Below, one piece after another: positions 48,568 through 60,285 of a stretch of 64,000 nt of DNA (its first letter is position 1; the number at the start of each line of letters is the position of its first letter). Origin of the DNA: Utricularia gibba (taxonomy: Eukaryota; Plantae; Magnoliophyta). Location: contig NEEC01000019.1 in assembly GCA_002189035.1 (NCBI GenBank), positions 744,001 through 808,000 on the forward strand, in the 5' to 3' direction. The position numbers were made by a program, and so were the translations under genes. Below the pieces are notes generated by a model. That model did not search any database and was not told the origin of the DNA. It saw only the letters and a list, made by a program, of their open reading frames with translations.

Positions 48568-51500
48568 ATGGCGTCTTCATCTGCTAATTTGTGGGTTTTG
48601 TTGGGTCTTGGGATCGCTGGAATTTTGCTTATGACCAATAAGCTCAAGAAAGCGGTCAAAGCTGACTTTGGAGCCTTTATCCAGAGATTACAGCTTTTGC
48701 CTCCACCTCCGCCGGCGCCCCTAAAGCTCCGCATCCACTTACAGGCCTCTCCTTCGCGGTTTCTGATGTGTAAGCATTTCTTGTTTCATTTTGTTCTGTT
48801 TTTTCCAGTATATGCGAATGCTGATTTCTCTTATGTCTATGAAGTGCTACTGACTAGGTGTTCTCTGAAAGTATAAATTTTGCGATAATCTGAAACTTTT
48901 CCTCTGTATTGCATCATGATGATCGTTGCGCCAATTTTTCAGCTTTGATATTGAAGGTTTTGTGACTGGGTTTGGCAATCCAGACTGGTTGAGGACTAAG
49001 GAGCCTGCCGCACAGACATCTCCTGTTGTTACTACTCTTGTTGATGCTGGTGCCACTTGTATTGGGAAAACGGTGGTGGATGATTTGGCATTGAGGTGTT
49101 TTTGCTGATAACTTTAAGGTTTTTCCATTAAACATTACACTTCTCTTCTTTTGTAATCTTCTTTCTTTTATCCAGCATCTCTGGAGAAAACAAGCATTAT
49201 GGAACACCAACCAATCCAGCCTATCCTTCACGCGTACCAGGAGGAGCCTCAAGTGGTTCTGCAGTAGCTGTTGCTGCTAAACTTGCTGATTTTACCTTAG
49301 GTAGGATTCTTTTTTTTATATAATTTGGTTATTGCTGTGTCAAAATTGGAGTGTATCACCTCACTACCAATTCACATGTTTTTTGTACATTGCCTAGTGA
49401 AATGACTTGTCGCTGTCACTCGGTTATTCTTTCTATGAAATATGAAAAATTGCAGTCCAGTAAGGTATTAAAGCACAAGTACACATGTTGTATGACACTG
49501 CAAGAGAAAGCAGCAACTTTTCTTCCTGTGCATTTATGCCTATTCTTTTCCATCGAGCTGTTGTGCATTAAGTTATTTGTGAAAACAGTTTTCTGCAGCC
49601 CATCAACATAACTAATACTCGTGTTAGAAAAATGTTTCGTTTCTTGGATGGTGGATGGAGGCTTCTATATCTAGTTTTCCATACCGTGCAGGCATAGACA
49701 CTGATGGCGGTGTACGCATACCTGCTGCATATTGCGGGACTTTTGGGTTCCGGCCATCTCATGCAGCCATCTCTTCCTCCGGGATGATTCCAGTGTCTGG
49801 AAGTCTTGACACTGTAGGTGAGTTGATCTATGGCCAGAACAGTATTACTGCCTTTTTGTCATGCTTTTCTGCTTGCATGTTCCAACTCCTCCATCTAAAA
49901 CACAGGTGTCTGCTGAAAATTTTTCAGAATGAATTCTATGATCATATCTTCTTTCCAGTAATCCAAGATGATGAATTTTTTTACTGCAGGATGGTTTGCA
50001 AAGGATCCTAGCATACTTCGCCGTGTTGGTCATGTGCTACTTCAACTTCCTTTTGGTACACCACGCAATGCAAGGAGTATTTTCATAGCAGATGATTGCT
50101 TCAAGTTATTGAGAACCCCTGCTGATCAAGTTACACAAGCGTTCATAAAATCTGTCGAGGCAATATATGGAAGTAAGTTTTTTCTTCTCATAATTTTCGT
50201 TTCTTATACTGGATTTCTTATTAGCTCCCCTTTCAGGACAAGTTTTGAGGCACGAAAATCTGGGTGATTATATAAAGTCAAAGGTTCCTTCCTTGAGTAC
50301 CTTTCGTTCCAAGCAAGGTAATGCCGGAGGCGAATTGTCCCCAATAAGTCAGCTCGTGAGTGTGATGCAGCTAATTAGGAGGTAACCTGTTGGTTATGGC
50401 GAGGGTTATTCCCTGCAATTTCTCTTGACTGATGATATTTGAATTCTGGATATGGCCTTTAGGCATGAGTTCAGGGAAAATCATGATGAGTGGGTAAATT
50501 CTGTAAAGCCTGCTGTTGTTGCTGCTACTGCAAACCAAGATCCTGCAAAGCCAACCTTAACTGCTGATGACATTGAAAACTGTAATACAATCAGAAATGA
50601 TCTACGTTCAGCAATCAATGCTCTTCTAAAGGTATCCACTTCTCTCGTCTTCCAACTTCAAAGCACACGCAGTATTAAATGGTTTGACTCTACGCTATCT
50701 AAAGGGTCAGTGATTTGTAGATGAATCTATTTACAAGGACCCGTGTATGGTGAACACTACTTTGATCCATTTCCTCCACCTCTTCCCTCACATCTCTGCC
50801 ATAGTTTGAATATTTTCTAATCCATGTTGTTATGTCGTATAAAAAAAAAGATTTGTTTCTATGTGGAGTGAGATTTCTGGTGGCCGTTAAATGCTATCAT
50901 CAGTGTTGTCTAATGCTACATTCAATATTGTCCTTTTGCAGTATATTTGAATGGCCGACTTAATCTTTAAATTTATTGAGTAAAGATATATTGCTTGCCA
51001 TTTTTATGATTGTTTCCTGACCTATGAGATGACAGGATGATGGAATACTTGCAATCCCTACTTGTGATCCTCCTCCAAAACTTGGTGCAAAGGAAGTCTA
51101 TACAGAGGAATACCTATTTCAAACTTCGACTCTTTCTAGCATAGCTAGTTTATCCGGCTGTTGTCAGGTGGAGGCTTCCCTTCTGTTATCATGTATATTA
51201 TCCTCTGGTACTTTTTTTTTTGGTATTCTCAGTTGTTTTGCGTTCATGGTAGGTTGCAATACCAGTTGGTGTAAATGAGAAACACCCAGTTTCCTTATCT
51301 CTCCTTGCCAGGCATGGTGGTGATAGGTTTCTTCTGGATACCCTTCAAAATTTGTATCCATCTTTAACGGAGCAGATTGAAAAAGCTTCAAAGCCAAAAA
51401 CATCGAGTAAAGGTGTGTCAAAAGAGGAATTAGCTGAGATTGCAAAAGAACAGGTATATCCTGAAACCAGCATTATCACGTTTATATTGGATAGCTGCAA

Positions 51501-52087
51501 GTTTCCATCTTGTTGTTGGAAAACAGGGCAACCAAGCATTCAAGGATAGGCAATGGCAGAGGGCTATTGGACTTTACAGTGAAGCTATCAAGCTCAACTG
51601 TAACAACGCAACATTCTACAGTAACCGGGCTGCTGCTTATCTGGAGATGGGAAGGTATATGAACTACCAAATCACATTGATTTTGCAGTTTTCCTGATTT
51701 TATCCATGTTTCATAGCTTGTTCATCATCTGTAGTTATGTCCAAGCTGAAGCAGATTGCACTCAAGCCATTCACCTTGATAAGAAGGTTTCTCTTTCTCC
51801 CCTTAATCTCTTTTGGGCTCCCATTTTTCATTAAATCTTTTCTGGTTTGCAGAGCATAAAAGCGTATTTGAGAAGGGCAACAGCTAGAGAGATGCTGGGT
51901 TACTACAGAGAAGCTATGGAGGGTTCGTTGCTTGCATTCTCTCTACACTAGTATATGCAAAAACTCTTCCTGAAATGCATCCCATCCCTTTTTTTCTTTC
52001 ACAGACTTCAGATACGCGCTTGTTCTGGAACCCAATAACAAAAGAGCAGCACAGGCTGCTGATCGCCTCAGGAAGGTGTGCCAATAG
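48568..52087 (+). CDS. TOC64: TOC64-III-like outer envelope protein (TM + inactive amidase + TPR), 13 exons, with a 1-bp frameshift in exon 1 as given
   Basis: MASSSANLWVLLGLGIAG TM, amidase signature with the Ser nucleophile replaced (DTDGGVR), and TPR region GNQAFK..W..AI..YSEAIKL..NATFYSNRAAAYL. The frame breaks at the C4 run 48718-48721. Confidence 0.9.
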
Positions 52088-53207
52088 GTTGTTAGGAGGC
52101 TCCTTCGACAGCTTGCCTCCTAAACTCTAGCCTATGGAAACAGACAAAAACAGCCGCTCCTTTTGAGCAAGAGTTGCAGGAAGCAAGGAACCATTGCGAT
52201 TTTGGCCTTTAAATTTCACTGTTCTTTCGTGACAAGAATGAATTTTTTGTTCCACATCTTCTTATTCACTTCTCGGAATGCTTATAAACATTGTCTTCAA
52301 CATTCCCTCAAAAGATGTTTTTGATATGAACCATTACAAGAATGTGTGTGAGGCAAAGCCACAATGCTGATATTCCTGATCCAGATATCCACAGGTATTC
52401 TAAGTTGGGTATAACATTTCTACTACAGAAATGTACACACATGAACTATGCTGTAACATAACAGTACCATATGAAAAGTACAGAGGCACATAGGAGCGAA
52501 CAGAGCCATATTTAGTGGAATCTTTGACACAATTTCACTAGAGTGGCCCTTGCCCTTCACATGGCTCGCCTAGCTGGTTTTTTGACGGCTTCCCACAGGG
52601 AGCTGCTCAGTTTTTTAAGAGAAGGAAACGACACTGCCCCACACCACACAAAGGCCGTTTCTATTCTAGGAGCCAAGCAGAGATTTTTTAATTCTGATAT
52701 GTTGTTTTATGACCCAACTGGCTAAAAGCTCGCGCAAGGATGAAGCTACAACACAGACATGATTAAGGCAGCTGGATGGATGTTCAGTTCATTTTGAGTT
52801 ACAGAGTTACCGTGGAGGGTGGGGAGAAATGGAGACAAAAGGAGATGAAAAACTTGGAATATAAAGAGCAGCAGACTGGGAGTCTGAATGATATTCCCAT
52901 CTTGTGCTGTGTGACAGGAAAAGTAGTGCATGTGATTTATCATGAATTTCAGGTCATTTTGTTTGCTTCCAAGATGATTCACCCTGCTGCTTGGTAAAGC
53001 TAAAATTACTGCTCTGCAACTCCCCAAGTGTGTGTGTTTCTGAAGTAAGTTGTGAAAATCACAGGGGTGAAACTCTGCAAGTCCTTTTTTTTTTCTCTTT
53101 TAGTGTGGAAAAGATTAGGGGCGTGGCAAACTCCTTTATGTACCACTCCGATCCTGGGCTCCGGTGCGACTTCATCATTCCTAGCGAAACTCTCACCTGA
53201 GATAAGT

Positions 53208-53231
53208 GCCGCCGCCGCCGCCGCCGCCGCC
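53208..53231 (+). repeat. (GCC)8 microsatellite abutting the start codon
   Basis: Eight perfect GCC units directly precede the ATG at 53232. Confidence 0.95.
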
Positions 53232-54297
53232 ATGCCCAATTTCATCTTCATTTTGTTCTTCTCCTCCTCCTGCATTCTCCCTTCTATTCTCGCAATTCCC
53301 GATCATCCGGAACAAGGCCTTGCCGCGGTCCAAACCCAGACTCTCCGCCGTCCCCTTCCGGATATCACAATCCCAGCCTTCCCGGAGCAATCCTACGCCT
53401 CTATATGCCCATTGAACCTCCCCGATGGCTTCTTCCACAGCGTCAAATCAGCCTGCGTCTCACATCCCTTTTCCTCGGACCACCGGTCCCGCTGCTGCCC
53501 GGCACTTGCCGCCTGGATCTACTCTGGCTACTCAGACACCGCGCTGCGGGTCTCTGCCGCCGCCGCGAAGACCCATCAAACCGCGGCTTTCGAAATGCCC
53601 GTGCTCCCCGATGATTCGGAGACCTGCGTGGATACGCTGGAGAGAGCGTTGGGTACCAAGGGGATTCAGTTGCGGCGGCCGAACGCTACGTGCGACGTCG
53701 TTTATTGCTACTGCGGTATCAGATTGCACACTTTCAGCTGCCCGGAGGCGTTTAGGGTTAACCCCGATGGCCAATTAGAGGCAGGGGAATCCGTAAGGAA
53801 GCTGGAAACTGCATGCTCCGGCGGCGGTGGAGTCGCCGTATGCTCCAAATGCCTCCAGGCCCTGCATTCTGTAAGCACTTTTGGACATATTCATCCCAAG
53901 GCACCTCCAAATTCTACTTTTTCTTCATTCCAACGCTGCTCCGGCTAACAGCGTCGTCCTGATGCAGCTGAACGAGGAGAAAAGCGGAAGAAACAGCAAC
54001 AGAACAAGCAAGATGCACGGCCGGGACTGTGAGCTCATGGGACTGACATGGCTCCTGAACAAAAACAGCTCTGCCTACATCCACACCGCCACTGCCGTTC
54101 TGAGACAGATGATGAATGGCAACGAAACTTCACCCCAGAGTTGCAGTCCGCGTAACCAAGGCATGCCCGTCGCCGTCGATTCATCGGAAATCCACGGCCA
54201 AGCTCCGTCCTCATCCCAATTCCTGCATTCCTTCATCCTCCAGATGATCTCCTTCATCTTCTTCCATGCCTTCGTTATGTCTTCTTTGCTTACTTAA
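53232..54297 (+). CDS. GPI-anchored SPARK-domain protein (At3g18050-like), 322 aa, exons 53232-53870 and 53968-54297
   Basis: Signal peptide, TIPAFPEQS..CPL, RCCP.LAAW, PDDSETCVD, CDVVYCYCGIRLH, DCELMGLTWLL and a hydrophobic GPI signal tail. Confidence 0.9.
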
Positions 54298-55838
54298 GCT
54301 CTTTGTTGCTTACATCACTAATAACGGCCTTCTTCCATCACCATTCCCTCCGCCTGTAAGAATACCTAAACCCACTGAACCGACATAATCCGTACATCGT
54401 TTGTCCTTTTCTCCCTCTTCAATTCTAAAAATGAAATAGTTAACCCATTAAATATACACAATAAACTAATAATTTAAAAATATTTCACCTTTCAATTATT
54501 TTCGATTTAATAATATATTATTGATTACCCGAATTCCTGAAAAAAAAAAACCATATTGATGATATTCAATAATATACCCTTATTGGCATTATTTAAAATA
54601 CAATAATTAAATCATCATGAATTAGTATAAAATCATAATACGACCAAATTTTCATCATTCAACGTGATTGATTAAAAACAAACTTCAAAATTATATGTTG
54701 TGGAATTATTATAATTTGGAAGATATCGTGTTGTAAGCACCTTATCTTTTAAAATAATTAATTTATGTATCATAAATAATTGTAATTTTTCAAACATGTC
54801 ATTTTTATTAAAATTGATTGGGGATAGTAATTTGTGTAGGATTACATTTTGAAGAATCCATTCTGATTTCTGATATATAAATTTATGATTATATTCACAT
54901 TTTCGTAAATAATTCTAATCATTTCCTGTCTTCAAGTAAATTATAGTTTATAATTTTAAATGATAATCTTCATACAAATATGTTTCAACTATTATAGTAA
55001 TATAGAATATAGGCTGTGGATTTATAAAATATTTTTATAATAGATGATTTATATAGGAAGCAATTTATTTGATTTATCAATTTGTGACTTATTAGTACAA
55101 ATGACTTTGACTTATAAATTATAAAATTATAATGATAAGTGGAAAGTACTTAATTTTATTTATATAAAAGTAGAATTGATAAATGAGGAGTGCTTGATGA
55201 ATAAAATAAGTTTGCAGTTAATGATATATTTGATCGAATTCTCATTCAATCATATGAAAAAAATATTAATTCACTTATAAATATTTACTTAGTTTGTGTG
55301 TTAGTATGTTGATTTAACTATTTTAAATATTCGCATGATGATATTAATGTATATTTGATGGATTAGTTTAATAATACACGAGTATTTTACAAAATTACTG
55401 TAAAACAATTCAAACTAAGTTTTCTAAAGATCAACTTCTAGGTTTATTTTTTTAAATGGCCTAATTTATAAAATATTTATTTTAAACACATCTACCAAAT
55501 ATATTATTATTTTAAACATATATATATATAATTTATTTAATAAACTTAATATTAAATATATGATATATTTATTTATTTATTTATCTAAATACAAATAAAT
55601 CAAATATATTATTAATTATACTATACGAATAAACATACCAGTATAATTATAATAAATCATAATTTATTATATATATATATATATAAGTGAAACAAAACAT
55701 CTCCATAATATGATTTTAAATTTACGAGCAACATATAAATTGCTCCCAGTAAATAATATATATCTTAATCTTAATCTCTACGAACAGTCAGTATTTTTTC
55801 GCTGGTGCGACCAGGTAAGAGAAGAGGAGGAGAAAGCA

Positions 55839-56083
55839 TCATTCCTCCTTGGTGAGTGCGTAGATCGCGTAAAGTATGCCGGGAAGATACCCGAGGATCG
55901 TCAGCAGCAAACATATCCAGAACTCAACCTGAACCCAGAACGCATGCGCATGAACGAACACATGGGCATTTGGGAAAAGAGAGGGTTTTCAGGGTTTCTC
56001 ACCTTGCAGCCGAACTTCAGGAAGACGCCGAGCGGCGGCAGAAGGATGGCTACAATAATATCGACGCACGTCGCCGTCCCCAT
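55839..56083 (-). CDS. RCI2: RCI2/PMP3 (UPF0057) hydrophobic protein, 56 aa, exons 56083-56003 and 55928-55839
   Basis: MGTATCVDIIVAILLPPLGVFLKFGCK|VEFWICLLLTILGYLPGILYAIYALTKEE*. Confidence 0.96.
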
Positions 56084-56127
56084 TTCTGCCGTAATCTTAC
56101 ACGCAGAGGCGAGGACGAGCGCATTTT

Positions 56128-56180
56128 CGTTTTATAGGGGGGAGCCCGGCGCCGGAGCCGGTGATGTGACGCCACGTGGC
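56128..56180 (-). promoter_or_regulatory. RCI2 core promoter: TATA box plus palindromic G-box/ABRE
   Basis: CTATAAAA on the minus strand near 56130-56137 and GCCACGTGGC at 56171-56180. Confidence 0.7.
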
Positions 56181-58548
56181 ATGATTCTATTCGAACTATT
56201 TAACTTTTAATATTACATAATATATTTCAAAATTTTATTACATGCTTTATAGAGTGAGAATAGTGCAAAATATAATTATCATTATGTCTTATTAAATTTT
56301 CATAATATAGTACAAAAAATGTGCTATTTATTTTGTAAATACTAATCAAGCCTTAATGACACAACTGCATCATTAATGGCCAATAACTGACACGTATGAC
56401 CCAAGCAAGCCCAGAGTCAATAAGACACCAATTAGCACAATTAAAACCGCGTAGAAGATTTGTGTTCACATGAAGGATTCAAAGATTTATTGACCAACTG
56501 TTTTCAGACTCTGATTTCATTATTCCAACACTAAAAAGGCCATAGAGAAAGAAAACTTCCATGAGAAGAAAAGAGAAAGACAATTTGAGGAGTAGAATTG
56601 AATCTAATTTTATTGTTACTGTTTCGAATCGGAAATAGTAATTGATGAAGAACATGACTATAACTTTAATTTCTTTATATATTTTGAATATTTACTATTT
56701 TTTATTTAATTTCAAACATGGTTGTGAATATTTATCCAATTTCATATATGATGATGTTGGGAAATGATGAAATGTATCATATTCATATTATTTATGAATT
56801 TAATGTAATATGGTTGAGAATTTATCCCATTCATAGAAAATCTATAAAATTACGTTAAAAATGCCAATGTTAATATTTTGTTAAAATTAATTCATACTTT
56901 TTTATAAATTATATACAAAATCGATCCTCACCACTTACTGTATCAGATATAATTAATTGCTAAAATTTAGAGTATCGTCATAATTAATCTATGAATTTTT
57001 ATATTTTAAATATTTTACTACTTGAACACTAGACATACTATTCAATAAAGTAGTCATGATTAGTTGAAGATTAATTTGTAAAAATTGTAACCAATTGTCG
57101 ACTATAATTATTTCAAATAATGGAAATTTATTATTCTAAAATAATAGATACTTGATTCTTTGTGACTACTGTTTTAAATTGTCAAAAATAACCGTTAATT
57201 GCTTGTACAAATGGTTTGCAGTTTGAAAGGTTAAATATTAGTTTAAAATATGATTGAATCGTTAATTTTTTTTTAAAAAAAAACTGATTTTAAATATTTT
57301 GCTTATGAAAAATATCCAATCATAATTAAATCGTAGTTGAACTACGATCGAATCGTAATTATATCATGATTTTTTTTCTATTTTAAAGTGGTATGAATTT
57401 AACCCAGCCGCATTGATAAATAATTCATGGTTCAAACAGTTCAATGTGATTGACCCATGGTTTTTTAAAACAAAATTTTTTACCAATTTTTATGAATAAT
57501 GGTGATCAATTTTATCATTATTTGAAAAATAGGAGGATTAATTATTTCAATTTTTTAAATATTGGAGATAGCAGTAAAAATGTAAAAAATATTTTTTTAT
57601 AAATTTCATAAACAATGAAAATGAGGCTTTTGTTATATTTAAAAAACAAGGTGAATGCCCAAATATAAAAAAACCAATGGCTACATGTTGCTGGTGGATA
57701 AAGGTTATCAACTAAGGATCATGGTGCAGAATGGGACACGTCACTACCACCCATAATATATTTATTTTATGGGACCTAATTTTACTAATTTGGATCTAAA
57801 ATTGGGAGTTGATCAAAACATTCAGGTTTAGATTGGTAGGGAGTTGAATTTACTCAATACAAATACAGGTGGGAGTTTTTTTTTAATATCACAAATATAG
57901 ATGTATTTAATTTACACCAAAATAAGAAATTCAGAAAAAATTGAATGTATTCATAGAAATTTTTATACAGTAAAAATTATTAATTATGATAGGTTTGAAT
58001 TTTGATAAGAATTTTATAATTATATTAATAAATATTACCAAAGTATTCATTATTAAATAAATGTTGAATTTCTAACCTCAAAAAAGCTAAACTCATAACA
58101 ATAGTAAAACGTTAAAGATAGATAAATTATATATTAATAGAATCATAAATAAAATAAATTGATAATTGGCTAAAAATTATTTGAAAGGTAATATTATTTT
58201 TTTATATAATTAATTAAATTCAACTAAACATAAAGTTATGTTTTATTATGAATTATGTAGTAAAGAATAAAAATTATCTGAATAATGAATACAAAAAATA
58301 TTAAATATTATTTTTTTGTCTATAATATAAAAACCTTTTCAAATGTGGAAACACAAGTTGATAACCCTAGATTTGAATGGGAGACCTCTTCCTATTTTCG
58401 AAAGTTCAGATTTTGATTTGCAAAATGTAGGATTCGATCGGCATAGGGAGTAGAACTTTATTCTTGATGATGATGCGAGGAGAGTTGGTTGAGTCAGGAG
58501 CTGCTGAGGGGTGCAGCGTGTGAATCCGGTGGTGAAACTCACTCGTTT

Positions 58549-60285
58549 ATGAAGTCGCCGTTTCCGGTGAAACCTGCAGCTACAGTTTCTGGAATTTCAT
58601 TTTTTTCTTCAGCGCAATTCTGTGAGCTTCTCAGTACCGCTAATAGTTTGAAGCTTGCGGCACAGATTCATGCTCAGCTCGTCACCCGGAGCTATATTTG
58701 CTCCCCGATTTTGTTCAATAAACTCCTCGCCCTTTACTCAAAATGTGGCAAGATTTCGCACTCCATTTCTCTGTTTTCGGCTTCCAATTCAAGGACCCAG
58801 TTTGATAACACCAAGAATGTCTTCACGTATACCTCTATCATCACCCGCCTTTCTCACTGCAATTTACCGGCCAAAGCTCTGTCATTTTTCAATGAGATGA
58901 GGGAAAGGAATATTTATCCTAATCATTTTACATTCTCGGCCATTTTGCCAGCGTGTCGTGATTTGATTGCAGGTAAACAGATGCACTCCTTGATATGTAG
59001 GCATGGATTTTTACCCGATGTGTTTGTGAGTAGTGCGCTGGTAGACATGTATGCAAACTCTGGAGAAATAAACTGTGCGAGAAGGGTATTCGATGAAATG
59101 CCTGATAGAAATTTAGTTAGTTGGAACTCCATTATAGTTGGTTTTTTGCGGAATGGGTATTATCAAAGCTCGATTAGTTTTTTCTCTGGCCTTCTTGAGG
59201 ATGCCGGTGTTTCCCCTGATGAAGTGAGTTGCTCAAGTGTGCTCATAGCGTGTGCTAGTTTATGTGGGGTGACAATCGGGAGACAAGTGCATGGCATTGT
59301 GGTTAAGCATGGGCTCGAATTTTTGGCCTATGTGAAGAACTCTCTGATGGATATGTACTGCAAATGTGGTGTCCTTGATGATGCCAAATATTTGTTCAGG
59401 ACAATAGAGGACAGGGATGTGGTTACCTGGAACGTTATGGTGAAGGCTTTCGTTCAGAATGGTGAGTTTGAGGAAGCGTGCAATCAATTTTGGTTAATGA
59501 GACATGAAGGCGTATCCCCTGATGAGGTTTCCCTTTCAACCGCACTTCATGCTGCTGCAAATGCTGCAACACTAGGTCAGGGAAGCTTGATCCATGCACA
59601 CATAATTAAAGCTGGATTTGGATCCAATGCTCACGTTTCTAGCGCATTGATCTCAATGTATGCAAAATGTGGTAGTTTATTCGATGCAAGACAAGCATTT
59701 TCTGAATGCAAAGACCATAATGTGGTTACTTGGACAGCCATGATTTCTGCCTTGCAACAACATGGCTGCGGAAGGGAGGTGATAAAATCATTTGATGGCA
59801 TGCTTGCAATGGGTATAGAGCCTGATTACACAACATTCGTCTCTGTTTTATCCGCTTGTGCTCATACAGGACATGTTGATCATGGCTTCCATTACTTCAA
59901 CATGATGAGTAGCAGGTGCGAAATCAATCCCGGGCCTGAACACTACGCTTCCATGGTTGATTTGCTCGGCCGTGCTGGCCGTTTAGAAGATGCTAAAAAG
60001 TTTGTGGAAGAAATGCCAATTGAAGCCGATGCCTGTGTGTGGGGAGCCCTGCTTGCAGCCTGCAGAGAACATGGTGATCTTGACATGGCAAAACATGTAG
60101 CAGGGAAGCTTCTCCAAATCGAGCCGCGGAACCATGGAAACTATATGCTACTCTACGACATGTATGCTAGTGGAGCAAGACACCAAGAGGCCAACGAAGT
60201 TCGAAGAGCTATGGAATGCAACATGGCCAAGAAGGAGCCTGGATGCAGCTGGTTTGATATGAGGAACACAGCCCCATGTCCTTAA
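58549..60285 (+). CDS. PLS-class PPR protein ending after the E domain (no DYW), intronless
   Basis: Repeated LVDMYA.SG...RRVFDEMPDRNLVSWNS motifs, HYASMVDLLGRAG.LE.A, VWGALLAACR.HG and KKEPGCSW. Confidence 0.92.
   Translation: MKSPFPVKPAATVSGISFFSSAQFCELLSTANSLKLAAQIHAQLVTRSYICSPILFNKLLALYSKCGKISHSISLFSASNSRTQFDNTKNVFTYTSIITRLSHCNLPAKALSFFNEMRERNIYPNHFTFSAILPACRDLIAGKQMHSLICRHGFLPDVFVSSALVDMYANSGEINCARRVFDEMPDRNLVSWNSIIVGFLRNGYYQSSISFFSGLLEDAGVSPDEVSCSSVLIACASLCGVTIGRQVHGIVVKHGLEFLAYVKNSLMDMYCKCGVLDDAKYLFRTIEDRDVVTWNVMVKAFVQNGEFEEACNQFWLMRHEGVSPDEVSLSTALHAAANAATLGQGSLIHAHIIKAGFGSNAHVSSALISMYAKCGSLFDARQAFSECKDHNVVTWTAMISALQQHGCGREVIKSFDGMLAMGIEPDYTTFVSVLSACAHTGHVDHGFHYFNMMSSRCEINPGPEHYASMVDLLGRAGRLEDAKKFVEEMPIEADACVWGALLAACREHGDLDMAKHVAGKLLQIEPRNHGNYMLLYDMYASGARHQEANEVRRAMECNMAKKEPGCSWFDMRNTAPCP

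Noticed and set aside
49680-49730. Possible active amidase (AMI1-like)
   Set aside because: The catalytic Lys and Ser positions are replaced (FAVSD, DTDGGVR), and the N-terminal TM plus TPRs identify TOC64.
55710-56210. 166-aa + strand ORF
   Set aside because: Antisense shadow of RCI2 and its promoter, starting in AT-rich DNA.
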